DNA from: Clostridia bacterium
GTDB lineage: Bacteria > Bacillota > Clostridia > Oscillospirales > RGIG577
Direction: 5' to 3'
Assembly: GCA_017513095.1 (NCBI GenBank)
Contig: JAFWDJ010000022.1
Coordinates: 44,755 to 108,754 of the forward strand
DNA: 64,000 bases
Shown here: positions 8,562-18,870 of the stretch, in pieces
How the letters are laid out: every line of letters starts with the position of its first letter
Numbering within the stretch: the first letter of the stretch is position 1
The notes under the pieces: model-generated
What the model was told of the DNA's origin: nothing
The model's database searches: none
Seen by the model: only the letters and a program-made list of their open reading frames with translations
Translations under genes and position numbers: made by a program

Positions 8562-9830
8562 ATGGACGAAAAAAATACGCACGAACGCGAAAAAGCCGTA
8601 TTGGTCGGCGTTGAATTTACGACGGCGGGATTTAAGGGCAGCAGCCCCGAGAGCTTAACGGAGCTTTCGAGGCTTCTTGATACGGCGGGCGGAGAGACGG
8701 TGTTCACCGTTTTTCAGAAGCGTCCCGCACCCGACCCCGCAACCTTCGTGGGCGAAGGAAAGACCGAGGAGATAAAGCGCGCCGCGGAAGAGCTCGACGC
8801 TTCGCTCGTCGTTTTCGACGCGGAGCTTAAGCCCACGCATATTAAGAACCTTTCGGATGAGCTCGGACGCATGGTTATAGACAAAAGCACGCTCATACTC
8901 GACATATTCGCGCTTCACGCGACGACGCGCGAGGGAAAGATAGGCGTTGAGCTTGCGCAGCTTAAATATCAGCTGCCGAGGCTTCTCGGCATGGGACGCG
9001 ACCTTTCGCGCCTCGGCGGCGGCATAGGCACGCGCGGCCCCGGCGAAACGAAGCTTGAGACGGACCGGCGCCATATCCGCGCGCGCATAGAGATGCTCGA
9101 ACGCGAGCTTTCTGACATCGAGCGCACGCGCGCCGTACAAAGAAAGGCGCGCGCGAAGAGCACGACGCCGAAAATCGCCATAATAGGCTACACGAACGCC
9201 GGCAAATCGACGCTTTTAAACTACCTAACTGACGCGGGCGTGCTTGCGGAGGACAAGCTCTTCGCAACGCTTTCCACAACGACGAGGCGCTTAAAAATTT
9301 CCGACACGTGCGAGGCGCTCGTCTCCGACACGGTAGGCTTTATAAACGACCTGCCGCGCCACCTTTTCGAGGCGTTCGCCTCGACGTTCGACGAGCTTCG
9401 TCACGCCGATCTTTTCTGGCACATAGTCGACGTGTCCGACGAGAACCACAAAGACCAGATGAAGGCCGTGCATGAGCTTATCGCGCGCATGGACGCGGAG
9501 GCGACGGATATTATAACCGTTTACAATAAGTGCGACCGAAATCCCTGCGAACGGCTCGATTTTTCGGGCGACGCCGTATATATTTCGGCACTTACGGGCG
9601 AGGGCGTGCCGGCGCTTTTGGGGCTTACAGAAAAGAAGCTTCAAAGCCGAAAAAAAGAAGTAAGCCTTCTTATTCCGTACGACAGGGGCGGCCTTTTAAA
9701 TCTGCTGCACGAAAAGTCGAGGATTAAATCCCTGGAATACCGGGACACGGGCGCTGCGGTAACGGCGATAGTCGACGCCGAGACATACGGTAAGGTAAGG
9801 GACTGCGAGGTATCTTACGATGGAGTATAA
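8562..9830 (+). CDS. hflX: GTPase HflX
   Basis: 422 aa with an HflX N-terminal domain. G1 is GYTNAGKST, G3 is DTVGF, G4 is NKCD. Confidence 0.92.
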   Translation: MDEKNTHEREKAVLVGVEFTTAGFKGSSPESLTELSRLLDTAGGETVFTVFQKRPAPDPATFVGEGKTEEIKRAAEELDASLVVFDAELKPTHIKNLSDELGRMVIDKSTLILDIFALHATTREGKIGVELAQLKYQLPRLLGMGRDLSRLGGGIGTRGPGETKLETDRRHIRARIEMLERELSDIERTRAVQRKARAKSTTPKIAIIGYTNAGKSTLLNYLTDAGVLAEDKLFATLSTTTRRLKISDTCEALVSDTVGFINDLPRHLFEAFASTFDELRHADLFWHIVDVSDENHKDQMKAVHELIARMDAEATDIITVYNKCDRNPCERLDFSGDAVYISALTGEGVPALLGLTEKKLQSRKKEVSLLIPYDRGGLLNLLHEKSRIKSLEYRDTGAAVTAIVDAETYGKVRDCEVSYDGV

Positions 9831-10437
9831 AACGGTAAAAAGCGAGGCTACGGGCGAATTCATAGAAAAGCGTTCGCGCTTTTTATGCCACGTAAAGCCC
9901 GTCTCAACGTCCGAGGAGGCCGTCGCGTTCATAAACGAAAAAAAGTCGAAATACTGGGACGCGACGCATAACGTCTATGCGTATATACTGCGCGAGGGCG
10001 GCATAATGCGCTACTCCGACGACGGCGAGCCGCAGGGCACTGCGGGACAGCCCGCGCTTGAGGTCTTGCGCCGCGAGGAGCTTTACGACCTCGTCGTAGT
10101 CATAACGCGCTATTTCGGCGGCATAATGCTCGGCGCGGGCGGCCTTGTGCGCGCTTACGCGAGAGGCGCAAAGGAGGCCGTTGCGGCCGGAGGCATTGCC
10201 CTTATGTGCCTCTGCGACGAATGCGAGCTTACCGTGGGGTACGCGCAGTACGAGCAGACGAAGAACCTTCTTTCGGACATGGGCGCCGTCGTTACGGATA
10301 CGGGATACGCGGACAACGTAAAGATTTCGTTTTATATAAAGAAAAGCGACACAGAAAAATTTGCGGCCGCTCTTACCGAGCAAACGAACGGTACGGCCGC
10401 CCCAAAGGTTTTGGGGGAAAGATTTATGCCTATCTGA
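9820..10437 (+). CDS. yigZ: YigZ/IMPACT family protein (UPF0029)
   Basis: 205 aa. Contains KSRFL...HNVYAY...DDGEPQGTAG...RYFGG, characteristic of the IMPACT N-terminal domain. It overlaps the hflX stop by 11 nt. Confidence 0.85.
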   Translation: MEYKTVKSEATGEFIEKRSRFLCHVKPVSTSEEAVAFINEKKSKYWDATHNVYAYILREGGIMRYSDDGEPQGTAGQPALEVLRREELYDLVVVITRYFGGIMLGAGGLVRAYARGAKEAVAAGGIALMCLCDECELTVGYAQYEQTKNLLSDMGAVVTDTGYADNVKISFYIKKSDTEKFAAALTEQTNGTAAPKVLGERFMPI

Positions 10438-10449
10438 GGAGGCGCCTCT

Positions 10450-11466
10450 ATGACGATAAAGGACAGGATAGAGCTTACGGAGGAGCAAATTCTTTCGCCG
10501 TACGCGGCGAAGAGCAAAAGCGCGACGCGAAGCGCGCCCGACACGCCAAACGATATGCGCGGCGAGTTTCAGCGCGACCGCGACAGGATAATACACTCAA
10601 AGGCATTCAGACGCCTTATGCATAAAACGCAGGTCTTCATCTCGCCGCAGGCTGACCATTACCGCACGCGGCTTACGCATACGTTCGAGGTAATGCAGAT
10701 AGCGCGCTCGATAGCGCGGGCGCTTATGTTAAACGAGGACCTGACCGAGGCGATATCGCTCGGCCATGATCTCGGCCACACGCCGTTCGGCCATGCGGGG
10801 GAGCGCGCGCTGTCGGAGCTTTTTCGTGACGAGGGACGCTTCGACCACGCCGACCAGAGCGTGCGAGTCGTGCGCATCCTTGAAAAGGACGGGCGCGGGC
10901 TCAATCTTACGGAGGAGGTCTGCGACGGGATACAGAATCATTCGACGGGACGGCGGGCCAAAACGCTCGAGGGACGCATTGTAAATCTTGCGGACAAGAT
11001 AGCCTATATAAATCACGACATAGACGACGCGATAAGCGCGGGCGTGCTGTCCGCCGACGCGCTGCCCGGGGAGCTCACTGCGGTATTCGGCAATACGGGG
11101 CGCGCGCGCATCGACACGATGATACGCTCGGTCGTGGACCACAGCACGGGCCGTGACGACGTACAGATGGAGCCGTCGGCGCTTCACGCCATGTATGAAT
11201 TAAGACGGTTCCTCTTTGAAAACGTATACAACAACCCGAAGGTGCGCGGCGAGGAGCCGAAGGTCCATTCGCTCATCATACAGCTTTTCGAGTATTTCAC
11301 GTCGCATCCCGAAAGGCTTCCCAAGGATTACACCTTCGTTATCGAGCGCGACGGCGTGCGCACGGCCGTGCGCGACTATATCGCCGGCATGACCGACAGA
11401 TACGCGCTTGAGATGTATAAATCGCTGTTTTTGCCGAAGTCGTTTACCATGAAGGGAAACGAATAA
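10450..11466 (+). CDS. dgt: dGTP triphosphohydrolase-like HD-domain protein
   Basis: 338 aa. Motifs RTRLTHTFEV, HDLGHTPFGH and NHDIDDA. It sits upstream of dnaG, as in many Firmicutes. Confidence 0.88.
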   Translation: MTIKDRIELTEEQILSPYAAKSKSATRSAPDTPNDMRGEFQRDRDRIIHSKAFRRLMHKTQVFISPQADHYRTRLTHTFEVMQIARSIARALMLNEDLTEAISLGHDLGHTPFGHAGERALSELFRDEGRFDHADQSVRVVRILEKDGRGLNLTEEVCDGIQNHSTGRRAKTLEGRIVNLADKIAYINHDIDDAISAGVLSADALPGELTAVFGNTGRARIDTMIRSVVDHSTGRDDVQMEPSALHAMYELRRFLFENVYNNPKVRGEEPKVHSLIIQLFEYFTSHPERLPKDYTFVIERDGVRTAVRDYIAGMTDRYALEMYKSLFLPKSFTMKGNE

Positions 11467-11489
11467 AAAAAGAAAAATAAAGGCGGGAG

Positions 11490-13253
11490 GTGAACGGCGT
11501 GGATACGATTGGACGCGAGACCCTGGCCGACATACGCGCGGCCTGCGATATCGCGGATATAGTTTCGCAGTATGTGACGCTTACGAAAAGCGGCAGCGGA
11601 TATTTAAAGGGGCTTTGCCCTTTTCATTCCGAGAAAACGCCGTCGTTTACCGTAACGCCCGCGAAGGGCATATACAAATGCTTCGGCTGCGGCGAAAGCG
11701 GCGACGTTATAACGTTTATAATGAAAATAGAGGGCCTTGAATTTGTCGAGGCCGTGAAATTTTTGGCGCAGAAGGCCAATATTGAAATAAAAGTGAGCGG
11801 CGAGGACGAGGCGCGCATGAAACGACGGCGCACCCTTTACGATATTAACCGCGACGCGGCGAGATATTACTACTCGGTACTGACGCGCGACGACAAAAAC
11901 GACGGTATCGCGTACCTGAGACGCCGCGGGCTTGGCGACAAGCTCATCCGCACCTACGGCCTCGGGTTTGCCCAAAACGCGTGGGACGGACTTACGAAGC
12001 ACCTTTTGGGGCTCGGATACGCGCCCGATATGCTTACGGAGCTCGGCCTTGCGGTCAAAAACAAGTCGGGCGGACTTTACGACCGTTTCCGAAACCGCGT
12101 GATGTTTCCGATAATCGACATATCGGGCAACGTGATAGGCTTCGGCGGGCGCACGGTGTCCGGCGAGGGCGCGAAATACTTGAATTCGCCGGAAAGCCCG
12201 ATATTTAAAAAGAGCGAGAACCTGTTCTCCTTAAATTTCGCCAAGGCCCAAAAGAGCGACACGCTCATATTGGCGGAGGGGTACATGGACGTTATATCGC
12301 TTTACGGCGCGGGCTTTAAGAATGCCGCGGCGTCGCTCGGAACGTCCCTTACGGCGCAGCAGGCGCGTCTTGCGGCGCGGTACTTTAAAAAGATAGCCAT
12401 CGCCTACGATTCCGACAGCGCGGGACGCGCGGCCTCAGTAAAGGCGCTGAACCTTTTTTCCGATTTGAGCGTCGAGGTAAAGGTACTCGACTTAGGCGAC
12501 AAGAAGGACCCCGACGAATTTATCCGCGCGTACGGCGCGGGCGCGTTCTCAAAGCTTTTCGACTCGTCAAAGGGGTACATAGATTACGCGCTTTACGAGC
12601 TTGCCCAAAAGAACGACATAAGAGAGCCGCAGGGCAAGGTGGGCTTTCTTCGCGGCGCGGCGCGCATACTTGCCGAGGTGCAAAGCTCGCTCGAACGCGA
12701 CGTGTACACGGCGAAGATCGCGAACGAGTACGAGGTTTCGCGCGAGGCGCTCGAGGGCGAAATCCGGCGCATTGCCAAACTGAACAGGCGGCAGGCCGAA
12801 ACGAAGCGAAAGCGCGAGCTTATATCGCCGGGGCCGAAAAAAACGGCTCCGCCGACGCCCGAACAGCTTATCCTTTCGATACTCTACGACGAGCCGACGC
12901 TCTGCGGCGAGATCGAGGGAAGGCTTTCGCCCGGGGACTTAAAAAGCGAGACGGACGCAAAGATACTTAAATATATCATTAAGGCTTACGAAGGCGGCCG
13001 CCTTCCCGATATATCGGAGGCGCACGGCGAGCTTTCGGCGGATGAGGTGTCATACCTCGCCTCGATTGTCGGGAACAGCTTTTCCGACAGAAAGGGAACG
13101 CTTTTCGACCTTGTATCAAAGCTTGAGGAGGAGCGCCTAAAGGCGCAGAGCGCCGAAGGCGGCGGAAGCGAGGCCGAATGGGTTAAGCATCTTAAAAAGA
13201 AAAAAGCAGGCAACTCTGAAAAGAAGGATGGAGATAAATATGGCAGAAGATAA
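11490..13253 (+). CDS. dnaG: DNA primase
   Basis: 587 aa. Zinc-ribbon [11 protein letters not shown]...CFGCGESGD and TOPRIM EGYMDV...DSDSAG. The start is a GTG at 11490; 11499 is also possible. GGGAGGTG lies just upstream. Confidence 0.92.
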   Translation: MNGVDTIGRETLADIRAACDIADIVSQYVTLTKSGSGYLKGLCPFHSEKTPSFTVTPAKGIYKCFGCGESGDVITFIMKIEGLEFVEAVKFLAQKANIEIKVSGEDEARMKRRRTLYDINRDAARYYYSVLTRDDKNDGIAYLRRRGLGDKLIRTYGLGFAQNAWDGLTKHLLGLGYAPDMLTELGLAVKNKSGGLYDRFRNRVMFPIIDISGNVIGFGGRTVSGEGAKYLNSPESPIFKKSENLFSLNFAKAQKSDTLILAEGYMDVISLYGAGFKNAAASLGTSLTAQQARLAARYFKKIAIAYDSDSAGRAASVKALNLFSDLSVEVKVLDLGDKKDPDEFIRAYGAGAFSKLFDSSKGYIDYALYELAQKNDIREPQGKVGFLRGAARILAEVQSSLERDVYTAKIANEYEVSREALEGEIRRIAKLNRRQAETKRKRELISPGPKKTAPPTPEQLILSILYDEPTLCGEIEGRLSPGDLKSETDAKILKYIIKAYEGGRLPDISEAHGELSADEVSYLASIVGNSFSDRKGTLFDLVSKLEEERLKAQSAEGGGSEAEWVKHLKKKKAGNSEKKDGDKYGRR

Positions 13254-14319
13254 GACCAATATTTTAAAGGACCTGATGGAAACGGCGAAAAAGCGCGGCA
13301 GCATGTCCAATAAAGAGATACTCGACATGCTGGAGGACGTCGATATCGACGTCGAGGTCATGGAAAAGCTCTACGAGACTTTTGAAAGTCTCGGCATAGA
13401 GATAATACCCGACGTTGAGGAGATATCGCCGGAGGATCTGGCGATACCCGACCTGCAGAGCGATTCGTCGCAGGCCTCGGGCGACGCATTGGCGATAGAC
13501 GACCCCGTCAGGATGTACTTAAAGGAGATAGGCAAGGTAAACCTTTTGTCGGGCGATGAGGAGATAGAGCTTGCAAAGCGCATGGCCGAGGGCGACGAGG
13601 AGGCCAAAAAGAGGCTGGCTGAGGCGAATCTCAGGCTCGTCGTAAGCATCGCGAAGCGCTACGTCGGCCGCGGAATGCTCTTTTTGGACCTTATCCAGGA
13701 GGGCAACATGGGCCTTATAAAGGCCGTGGAGAAATTCGACTATACGCGCGGCTATAAGTTCTCCACGTACGCGACGTGGTGGATACGCCAGGCGATAACG
13801 CGCGCTATTGCCGACCAGGCGCGCACGATACGCATACCCGTGCACATGGTCGAAACGATAAACAAGATAATAAGAGTATCGCGTCAGCTTCTTCAGGAGC
13901 TCGGTCACGACCCGCAGCCGGAGGAGATAGCAAAAGAGATGAACATGCCGGTCGAGAAGGTGCGCGAGATAATGAAGATAGCCCAGGAGCCGGTGTCGCT
14001 TGAGACGCCGATAGGCGAGGAGGAGGACAGCCATCTCGGTGACTTTATACAGGACAACGACTCGCCCGAGCCCGCGATAGCCGCGGCGGAAACGCTTTTA
14101 AAGGAGCAGCTTGCCGAGGTATTAAAGACGCTTACCGAGCGTGAGGCCACCGTGCTTCAGCGCAGATTCGGCCTTATCGACGGCCGCGCGCGCACGCTCG
14201 AGGAGGTAGGAAAGGAATTTAACGTAACGCGCGAGCGCATACGCCAGATAGAGGCAAAGGCTTTAAGAAAGCTTCGTCATCCCAGCCGCTCCAAACGGCT
14301 CAAGGACTTTTTGGATTAG
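13240..14319 (+). CDS. rpoD: RNA polymerase primary-type sigma factor (RpoD/SigA), copy 1
   Basis: ATG at 13240 follows AAGGATGGAG. RpoD box [27 protein letters not shown], and regions 1.2, 2, 3 and 4.2 ([24 protein letters not shown]). Confidence 0.93.
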   Translation: MAEDKTNILKDLMETAKKRGSMSNKEILDMLEDVDIDVEVMEKLYETFESLGIEIIPDVEEISPEDLAIPDLQSDSSQASGDALAIDDPVRMYLKEIGKVNLLSGDEEIELAKRMAEGDEEAKKRLAEANLRLVVSIAKRYVGRGMLFLDLIQEGNMGLIKAVEKFDYTRGYKFSTYATWWIRQAITRAIADQARTIRIPVHMVETINKIIRVSRQLLQELGHDPQPEEIAKEMNMPVEKVREIMKIAQEPVSLETPIGEEEDSHLGDFIQDNDSPEPAIAAAETLLKEQLAEVLKTLTEREATVLQRRFGLIDGRARTLEEVGKEFNVTRERIRQIEAKALRKLRHPSRSKRLKDFLD

Positions 14320-14341
14320 AATGTGATTTTCGGAGGAAAGC

Positions 14342-15469
14342 ATGGCTGACGATAAGAATATAATCCTAAGCAGAATAATGTCCCTTGTCAAAGAAAAGGG
14401 CAGCATAACGAATAAGGATATGCTCGACATTCTTGACGAGGTCGATATAGACGTTGACGCCGTCGAAAAGCTCTACGATACGCTCGAGAGCATGGGCATA
14501 AAGATAACGGGCGATTTCGACGAGCCTTTTGATTTGGGCGAGGACGATTTTTCCGAGGAAGGCGGGGAGGGCGAGGAAGGCGGAGAGCCTTCGCCCCGCG
14601 CGGGCGTATCCGACGCGGACCGCCTCGTATACGATCCCGTGAAAATGTATCTTCGCGAGATAGGCAGCATACCGCTTCTGTCGGCGACGGACGAAACGAC
14701 GCTCGCCGAGCGCATGGCACAGGGCGACGCGGAGGCGCGAAACGAGCTCATAGAGGCAAACTTAAGGCTTGTCGTAAGCATTGCAAAGCGCTACGTCGGC
14801 CGCGGAATGCCGTTTTTGGACCTCATACAGGAGGGCAACATAGGCCTTATGAAGGCCGTTGAAAAATTCGATTATACGCGCGGCTACAAATTCTCCACGT
14901 ACGCGACGTGGTGGATACGCCAGTCGGTCTCGCGCGCGATAGCCGATCAGGCGCGCACGATACGCATACCCGTACATATGGTGGAGTCGATAAACAAGAT
15001 AAACCGCGTTTCGCGCCGCCTTACTCAGGAGCTTGGACACGAGCCCACGCCCGAGGAGATAGCGCACGAGCTTTCGATGAGCCCCGAAAGAGTGAGCGAC
15101 ATTATGAAGCTTGCGCAGGAGCCTGTGTCTTTGGATATGCCGATAGGCGAGGAGGACGACGGTACCTTGGGCGACTTTATAAAGGATTCCGATTCGCCCG
15201 ACCCCGAGTATCTCGCCGCGCTTCAGATGCTCAAGGCTCAGATAGAGGACGTGCTTACGAAGCTTACGCCCAGGGAGGCGGAGGTAATACGCATGAGATT
15301 CGGGCTTATGCCCGACGGACGCATACGCACGCTTGAGGAAACGGGAATATACTTCAACGTGACGCGTGAGCGCGTGCGCCAGATTGAGGCAAAGGCATTA
15401 AGAAAGCTTCGCCATCCGAGCCGTTCAAAGCAGCTTCGCGACTTTTACGTCTATCAAAAGGGCTTTTAG
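14342..15469 (+). CDS. RNA polymerase primary-type sigma factor, tandem paralog
   Basis: 375 aa, 22 nt downstream of copy 1, with a GGAGGA RBS. It has the same region 2-4 signatures ([27 protein letters not shown]; [24 protein letters not shown]). There is an extra Gly/Glu-rich segment in the N-terminal region. Confidence 0.92.
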   Translation: MADDKNIILSRIMSLVKEKGSITNKDMLDILDEVDIDVDAVEKLYDTLESMGIKITGDFDEPFDLGEDDFSEEGGEGEEGGEPSPRAGVSDADRLVYDPVKMYLREIGSIPLLSATDETTLAERMAQGDAEARNELIEANLRLVVSIAKRYVGRGMPFLDLIQEGNIGLMKAVEKFDYTRGYKFSTYATWWIRQSVSRAIADQARTIRIPVHMVESINKINRVSRRLTQELGHEPTPEEIAHELSMSPERVSDIMKLAQEPVSLDMPIGEEDDGTLGDFIKDSDSPDPEYLAALQMLKAQIEDVLTKLTPREAEVIRMRFGLMPDGRIRTLEETGIYFNVTRERVRQIEAKALRKLRHPSRSKQLRDFYVYQKGF

Positions 15470-15484
15470 TTGATATTGGGGTAT

Positions 15485-15512
15485 TGCAAACCACGGCGGT
15501 ATAGGATATAAT
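15485..15512 (+). promoter_or_regulatory. sigma-70-type promoter for the SRP RNA
   Basis: TTGCAA (15485-15490), a 16-nt spacer, then TATAAT (15507-15512). It lies 5-8 nt upstream of the predicted RNA 5' end. Confidence 0.65.
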
Positions 15513-15517
15513 AATCT

Positions 15518-15826
15518 AAGTTGTGGCTTTAAGTATGGCTGCGCTAACCGGGGAGGCAGCGGCCCCCTGTCGCCTGCAATCCGCTATAGCAGGGGTGAAT
15601 CCCCGTTTGAGGGGCGCGTCGGTGTGGCCGGTCTTTTGTAAGTGGTTATGACGAATTGGTCTTGTGCAACAGAAACCTGTGAACCTTGTCAGGCGGGGGA
15701 CCGAGCAGCAATAAGCAGTGATTTTTGTGTGCCGCAAGGCAGCCTGTTCCGAGCTAACTGCAAAATCAACGCATGTCGTCGCCGTTTCGAGAACGGGTGC
15801 GCAGTCTTACTTAGAGCCGCAGCTTT
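15518..15826 (+). ncRNA. ffs: signal recognition particle RNA, long Bacillus-type (with Alu domain)
   Basis: Alu-domain sequence GGGGAGGCAGCGG...CCUGCAAUCCGCUAUAGCAGGGGUGAAUCCCC and domain IV GUGAACCUUGUCAGG-CGG-GGGA-CCG-AGCAGC closely parallel B. subtilis scRNA. The 5' AAGUUGUGGCUUUAAG pairs with the 3' CUUAGAGCCGCAGCUU. Location directly upstream of dnaX is conserved synteny. Ends are approximate. Confidence 0.93.
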
Positions 15827-15850
15827 TTTATTGGAGAAAGGATACAAAAA

Positions 15851-17659
15851 ATGTATCAGGCATTATACCGCAGATACCGTCCCAAGGTATTTGCGGACGT
15901 GGTAGGTCAGGATCATATAACGACTACGCTGAAAAACGAAATAAAAGAGGGGCGCATAGCCCACGCGTATCTCTTTACGGGCACGCGCGGCACGGGAAAA
16001 ACGACGTGCGCTAAAATTTTCGCGAAGGCCGTAAACTGCCTTTCGCCCCGCGACGGGGAGCCGTGCGGCGAGTGCAGCGTCTGCCGCGCCATAGAAAACG
16101 AGAGCATACTCGACGTTATAGAGATGGACGCCGCCTCTAATTCGGGCGTCGACAACATACGCGACCTTATCGACGATATAAGCGTTTCGCCGATGACGGC
16201 GAAGTATAAGGTTTACATAATCGACGAAGTGCACGCGCTTTCGGCGAACGCGTTCAACGCGCTTTTAAAAACGCTCGAGGAGCCGCCCGCCCACGCCATA
16301 TTCATATTGGCCACGACGGAGGTGCACAAGCTGTCGGCAACGATACTTTCGCGCTGCCAGCGATTCGATTTCAGGCGCGTGTCGGCTGATACGACAGCGG
16401 GCGTGCTTTCGCGCGCGCTTACGTCATCGGGCATACCGTTCGACGACGAAGCCGTGCTGGAGGTGGCGAGACTCGGAAACGGCTCCGTGCGCGACGCGCT
16501 GTCCGTGCTCGAACGCTGCATCTCCGCGAATGAGCGCCTGACGCGCGAACACGTTCTTTCGACGCTCGGAATGGCGAGCGACGAGATGCTTATGACCTTC
16601 ATGGACTGCTTTTATAAGAAGGATCTAACGCGCGCCCTCTCGCTTTCTGAGGAGGCGTACAACGAGGGCAAGAATATAAGCGTCATCTGTGAGCGCCTTA
16701 TCTGGATGTGCCGCTGCGTACTTGTGGCAAAGTCCGAAAAAGAGGGCGCGGCGCTTATAAAGAACACCGAAAGCAGCGCGGACGCGATAATCGCGTTTTC
16801 GAAGCGTGCCGTACTGACCGACGTGCTCCGGTGGGCGAAGGAGCTTTCGGAAACGCTCGACAGGCTGCCGAGAAGCATATCGGAGCGCATCGCGTTTGAA
16901 ATGTGCCTGATACGCCTCTGCGAAAGGCGCTTATCCGGGGACGAGGAAACGCTCGGTGAGCGAGTGGCAAGACTCGAGGACATGATAGCCTCGGGCAGCA
17001 TTGCGTTTGCCGCCGACGATACGCCGAAGGCGGAAACACCCGCGTCGAAGGCGGATAAACCAGCACAGAAGGCGGAAACACCCGCACCGAAGGCGGAAAC
17101 ACCCGCGTCGAAGGCGGAAAGACCCGCGCCGAAGGCGGAAACACCCGCGCCGGAGGCGGATAAATCAGCGCCGAAGGCTGACCCCCCCGCGCCGAAGGCG
17201 GAAACTCCTGCGCCGGAGCCCGAAAAAGAGGCGCCGGAGCCCGAAAAAGAGGCGCAGGCCGACGTTCAGCCGGCCGAGGAGCCCGACCCCGACGAAAAGC
17301 CCGCCGACGATACGGCGGAGGACGGCCTTCCCTTCGGAAGGTACGCAAAAACGATAGCCGAGGTCATGAAAAAAGACCCGATGACGGGCAGCATGCTTAA
17401 AAACACGGCCGCGTATGCGTATAAGACGCATATAGAGATAGTCTGCCCCAACGGCTTTACGAGGGACATGGTAAACGACGCAAAGAAGCTCATTGAGAGC
17501 GTCATATCGGCGCAGCTCGGCAAAAAGATGAAGATGGAGGCCGTGACGGGGGAAATAAAGCCCCGCGCCCGCGCAAAAAAGACGCCGGAGCCCGACCCGC
17601 TCGATTTAATAATTGAGTACGACGAGGAAAGAAACGTAAGCTTAGACGATTTAAAATAA
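15851..17659 (+). CDS. dnaX: DNA polymerase III subunit gamma/tau
   Basis: 602 aa. Walker A GTRGTGKTT, DEVH box, zinc module CGECSVC, and a Pro/Ala/Lys/Glu-rich repeat linker. Confidence 0.94.
   Translation: MYQALYRRYRPKVFADVVGQDHITTTLKNEIKEGRIAHAYLFTGTRGTGKTTCAKIFAKAVNCLSPRDGEPCGECSVCRAIENESILDVIEMDAASNSGVDNIRDLIDDISVSPMTAKYKVYIIDEVHALSANAFNALLKTLEEPPAHAIFILATTEVHKLSATILSRCQRFDFRRVSADTTAGVLSRALTSSGIPFDDEAVLEVARLGNGSVRDALSVLERCISANERLTREHVLSTLGMASDEMLMTFMDCFYKKDLTRALSLSEEAYNEGKNISVICERLIWMCRCVLVAKSEKEGAALIKNTESSADAIIAFSKRAVLTDVLRWAKELSETLDRLPRSISERIAFEMCLIRLCERRLSGDEETLGERVARLEDMIASGSIAFAADDTPKAETPASKADKPAQKAETPAPKAETPASKAERPAPKAETPAPEADKSAPKADPPAPKAETPAPEPEKEAPEPEKEAQADVQPAEEPDPDEKPADDTAEDGLPFGRYAKTIAEVMKKDPMTGSMLKNTAAYAYKTHIEIVCPNGFTRDMVNDAKKLIESVISAQLGKKMKMEAVTGEIKPRARAKKTPEPDPLDLIIEYDEERNVSLDDLK
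17026..17256 (+). repeat. in-frame tandem 21-bp repeats (11 units) inside dnaX
   Basis: Nine contiguous units of GAAGGCGGAAACACCCGCGCC-like sequence (KAETPAP heptads) plus two units of GGAGCCCGAAAAAGAGGCGCC, in exact 21-nt register from 17026. Confidence 0.9.
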
Positions 17660-17689
17660 TAAATTATTATCATAAAAGGAGAGAACAAC

Positions 17690-18040
17690 ATGGCAAAAAT
17701 GCCCAGAGGAGCAATGCCCAGAGGCGGTATGCCCAACATGAACAATATGATAAAGCAGGCGCAGAAGATGCAGGCCGAGATGCAGAAGATCCAGGAAGAG
17801 TTCGACACGAAGGAGTTTGAAGTATCTTCGGGCGGCGGCGCCGTAAACGTAAAGATAAACGGAAAGCTTGAAATACTTGCGCTCGACATAAAGCCCGACG
17901 TAGTTGATCCCGAGGATATCGACATGCTTTCGGACCTTATCACCGCCGCAGTGAACGAGGCGATAAGAAAGGCTAACGGCGAAAGAGAAGCGGCCCTCGG
18001 AAAGATAACGGGCGGCATGGGCATGGGCGGCCTTATTTAA
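17690..18040 (+). CDS. ybaB: nucleoid-associated protein YbaB/EbfC
   Basis: 116 aa with a conserved dnaX-ybaB-recR context. AAAGGAGAG RBS. Confidence 0.9.
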   Translation: MAKMPRGAMPRGGMPNMNNMIKQAQKMQAEMQKIQEEFDTKEFEVSSGGGAVNVKINGKLEILALDIKPDVVDPEDIDMLSDLITAAVNEAIRKANGEREAALGKITGGMGMGGLI

Positions 18041-18043
18041 GAT

Positions 18044-18643
18044 ATGAGCTATTACATCGCGCCCGTCGCAAGGCTCATCGAGCAGTTTGAGCGGCTGCCC
18101 GGCATAGGACACAAGAACGCGCAGAGGCTTGCTTTTCATGTGCTGCGCATGGAGGAAAGCGAGGCCGAGGCTTTCGCCGCGGCCATAATCGACGCGCGCA
18201 AAAACGTGACCTACTGCCGCATTTGCCAGAATATTTCGCAAAATGAGGTGTGCAAGCTCTGCGCCGACTCCGCGCGCGACAAAAAGACGATATGCGTAGT
18301 CGAGCAGCCAAAGGACGTGGCCGCGATAGAGCGCACGCACCGCTACCGCGGCAGCTATCACGTGCTGCACGGCGTAATATCGCCCATAGACAACATAGGC
18401 CCGAACGACATTCGCGCGCGCGAGCTTTTAATGAGGCTCGGCGAGGAGGACGTATCCGAGGTCATTATGGCGACGAACCCCACGGTGGAGGGCGACGCCA
18501 CGGCGATGTATCTGTCGCGCCTTATAAAGCAGCTCGGCGTGAAGGTCACGCGCATAGCCTACGGCATACCAGTGGGCGGCGACCTTGAATATGCCGACGA
18601 TATAACGCTGATGCGCGCGCTCGAGGGACGAAGAGAAATATAG
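18044..18643 (+). CDS. recR: recombination protein RecR
   Basis: 199 aa. HhH LPGIGHKNAQRLAFH, C4 zinc finger CRICQNISQNEVCKLC, and a Toprim domain. Confidence 0.94.
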   Translation: MSYYIAPVARLIEQFERLPGIGHKNAQRLAFHVLRMEESEAEAFAAAIIDARKNVTYCRICQNISQNEVCKLCADSARDKKTICVVEQPKDVAAIERTHRYRGSYHVLHGVISPIDNIGPNDIRARELLMRLGEEDVSEVIMATNPTVEGDATAMYLSRLIKQLGVKVTRIAYGIPVGGDLEYADDITLMRALEGRREI

Positions 18644-18654
18644 TGCTTCAGGCC

Positions 18655-18870
18655 GTCAAAAAAGGGCCAGACCGCCGAAAAAAGAGAATATTAAGTGCGA
18701 AATACCTTGTGCAGATGTTTTTCGCGGCAAGATTTTCTGCTCGCCGCTTCAAAGAAGCTTTTGCGCCGTAACCTTGCGGTTACGGCGTTTTCGGCTATAT
18801 GCCGATTGCCTTCTCTACCGTATAACATACGCCGACGCTCGGCAATCGACAATTCTGACCTCTTTTTTGC
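18655..18870 (+). repeat. ~217-bp intergenic repeat element, copy A (MITE/PATE-like, structured)
   Basis: It shares its first ~45 nt and last ~115 nt at about 95% identity with 33111..33327. Imperfect terminal inverted repeats are GTCAAAAAAGGGCCAGA and TCTGACCTCTTTTTTG(A/C)C. There are internal conserved hairpins. Confidence 0.85.

Noticed and set aside
9904-10596. Long antisense ORFs throughout the track. Examples: 9904..10596, 17266..18024, 17651..18370, 20027..20689, 22189..22884, 22304..22975, 32281..32976, 38630..39424, 50505..51761, 59112..59780, 62194..62913.
   Set aside because: Each lies entirely opposite a confidently identified gene with strong family motifs. Their translations are low-complexity (Arg/Ala/Ser-rich) and they lack RBSs. 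These are typical shadow ORFs of GC-rich coding DNA.
17026-17256. A possible CRISPR-like or other array signal from regularly spaced repeats.
   Set aside because: The repeats are contiguous 21-mers with no spacers, in frame inside dnaX, and they encode a Pro/Ala/Lys/Glu linker. No CRISPR array or cas genes occur anywhere in the window.
17366-17377. The A-run (ATGAAAAAAGAC) in dnaX as a candidate programmed -1 frameshift site producing a gamma subunit.
   Set aside because: The A-run is read as AAA AAA G, not in the X XXY YYZ register. It lies far downstream, in the C-terminal domain, and has no downstream stem-loop or nearby -1 stop in the expected position.
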